A stretch of DNA of 64,000 nt from Lepidodermella squamata (Eukaryota > Animalia > Gastrotricha). Where the stretch lies: the NCBI GenBank assembly GCA_047495785.1, contig JBLDXI010000042.1, positions 186,001-250,000 on the forward strand. The letters run 5' to 3'. Shown piece after piece: positions 62,868 through 64,000 of the stretch. The notes beneath the pieces are model-generated. The model saw only the letters and a program-made list of their open reading frames with translations. It made no database searches and was not told the origin of the DNA. The stretch's first letter is position 1. Each line of letters starts with the position of its first letter. The position numbers and the translations under genes were made by a program.

Positions 62868-64000
62868 TGCGGGAAATAAAAAAACCGGGAATTGAAATGA
62901 TCGTCAACTTTCGAGACCTAACAAGGCAGTAAAGCTTATCTGATGCTACGCAAGTGCGTCTAGAGCACTGATCTACTCGAGCTGCGAAAATCCAATTTTT
63001 TTATTAGCCATCTCACCCTAAGATCAGTTTAGCATTGATTTTACGAGAAAGTCTTAATCTTACAGAAATTGTCGTAGCAAAAAAGAGGGAACTTACTTTT
63101 GGCGTAACCAAATTTGACTGTAACGAAACCAAATTTTGGAATCTTCAACGGGCATAAAGCCCATTTTCGAAGCTTTTAGGAATGTCGGCATTTGAGTACC
63201 GAAGTAAACATGATAAGAGTGTGCAACCACATACACGAACAACTCACTTATTATACACGGTCATAACCGGATTTTACAGCTTTGAAAATCGCTTTGAAGT
63301 CGTCCTCGATCTGGAAAAATCCGTCGAAGAGAGTCAAGGATTCAGATTCACGGTGAAAACTTGAACTCCTCTGAAAAATTAACTAGTGGCTGGGGGGAAT
63401 CGGGGGATTTCTACTGTTTTATGACCTATTGTCGATCCTATTATTATTAGACAGAACCCATGGGCATCGATCGTGCGTAGGTCCAAATTTTACCATACGA
63501 TCTACGTACTTATATGGTAAAAGGTGCGATAAGGTCGAGCTCATACAATCTACCCCAGTGTTAAATTGAGATAAAGCCAGGGTCTACTTTTTTAAGACTG
63601 GGCAATGATGTCGTTTGCCAGGCGTGCCTTTCTTCTTGTGGCGAATTCAACGCCGCAATGTGGCAACGCCGTTCGCTAAGTGCTGTCGTTGCGTGAGGAT
63701 GTGTAGACATAGACAACACTGTAACAGATAGGACACCAACGATCTTTCCATAGTGAATTTATTCGAGCTGAATTTGCAAAGAGTGCGGCACGCGATTAAT
63801 TTCAAAGATAATAAAAAAAAAAGCCACAGGTACCACTTTCGAAAATTTCGGGTTTCTGCTCATCAATACTAGAAGCAGCCCTCTTTTCAATGATACCAGG
63901 TACACCTGGTAGTCCCTTATGGATAATTTTCTAAAATTCGCTAAAAAGTGCTATATTCGGTGTTTTTGGCCAAAATTGTCATTCTTCTGCCACGGTTGGC

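Overview
AT-rich genomic DNA from a metazoan invertebrate (GT-AG introns, LINE and DNA-transposon remnants; the species cannot be assigned from sequence alone). The main feature is a four-member family of apparently SECRETED ankyrin-repeat proteins that only appears after manual splicing. Genes A (20209->16008, -) and B (split, 26698->21251, -) read signal peptide + trypsin-like pseudo-protease + 2 Sushi/CCP + Cys-containing N-cap + about 21 or 8 ankyrin repeats. Genes C (44620-47315, +) and D (52913-57009, +) read signal peptide + 1 Sushi/CCP + the same N-cap + about 13 or 9 ankyrin repeats. No transmembrane segment is visible. The repeats have a fixed scaffold with variable binding-face positions (like natural DARPins), N-glycosylation sequons and paired cap cysteines. 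The window also holds three intronless ankyrin-SOCS-box genes, two divergent Cys-loop channel subunits, three RDH12/13-like SDRs, a tandem double RINGv-TM-TM (MARCH-like) gene, a LINE-disrupted GABA-B-like class C GPCR, a TMEM26-like gene, a class A GPCR, a Harbinger transposase, three CR1/L2-like LINE remnants, an EnSpm-like 3.6 kb element and several MITEs. Exon boundaries and repeat counts were read by eye.
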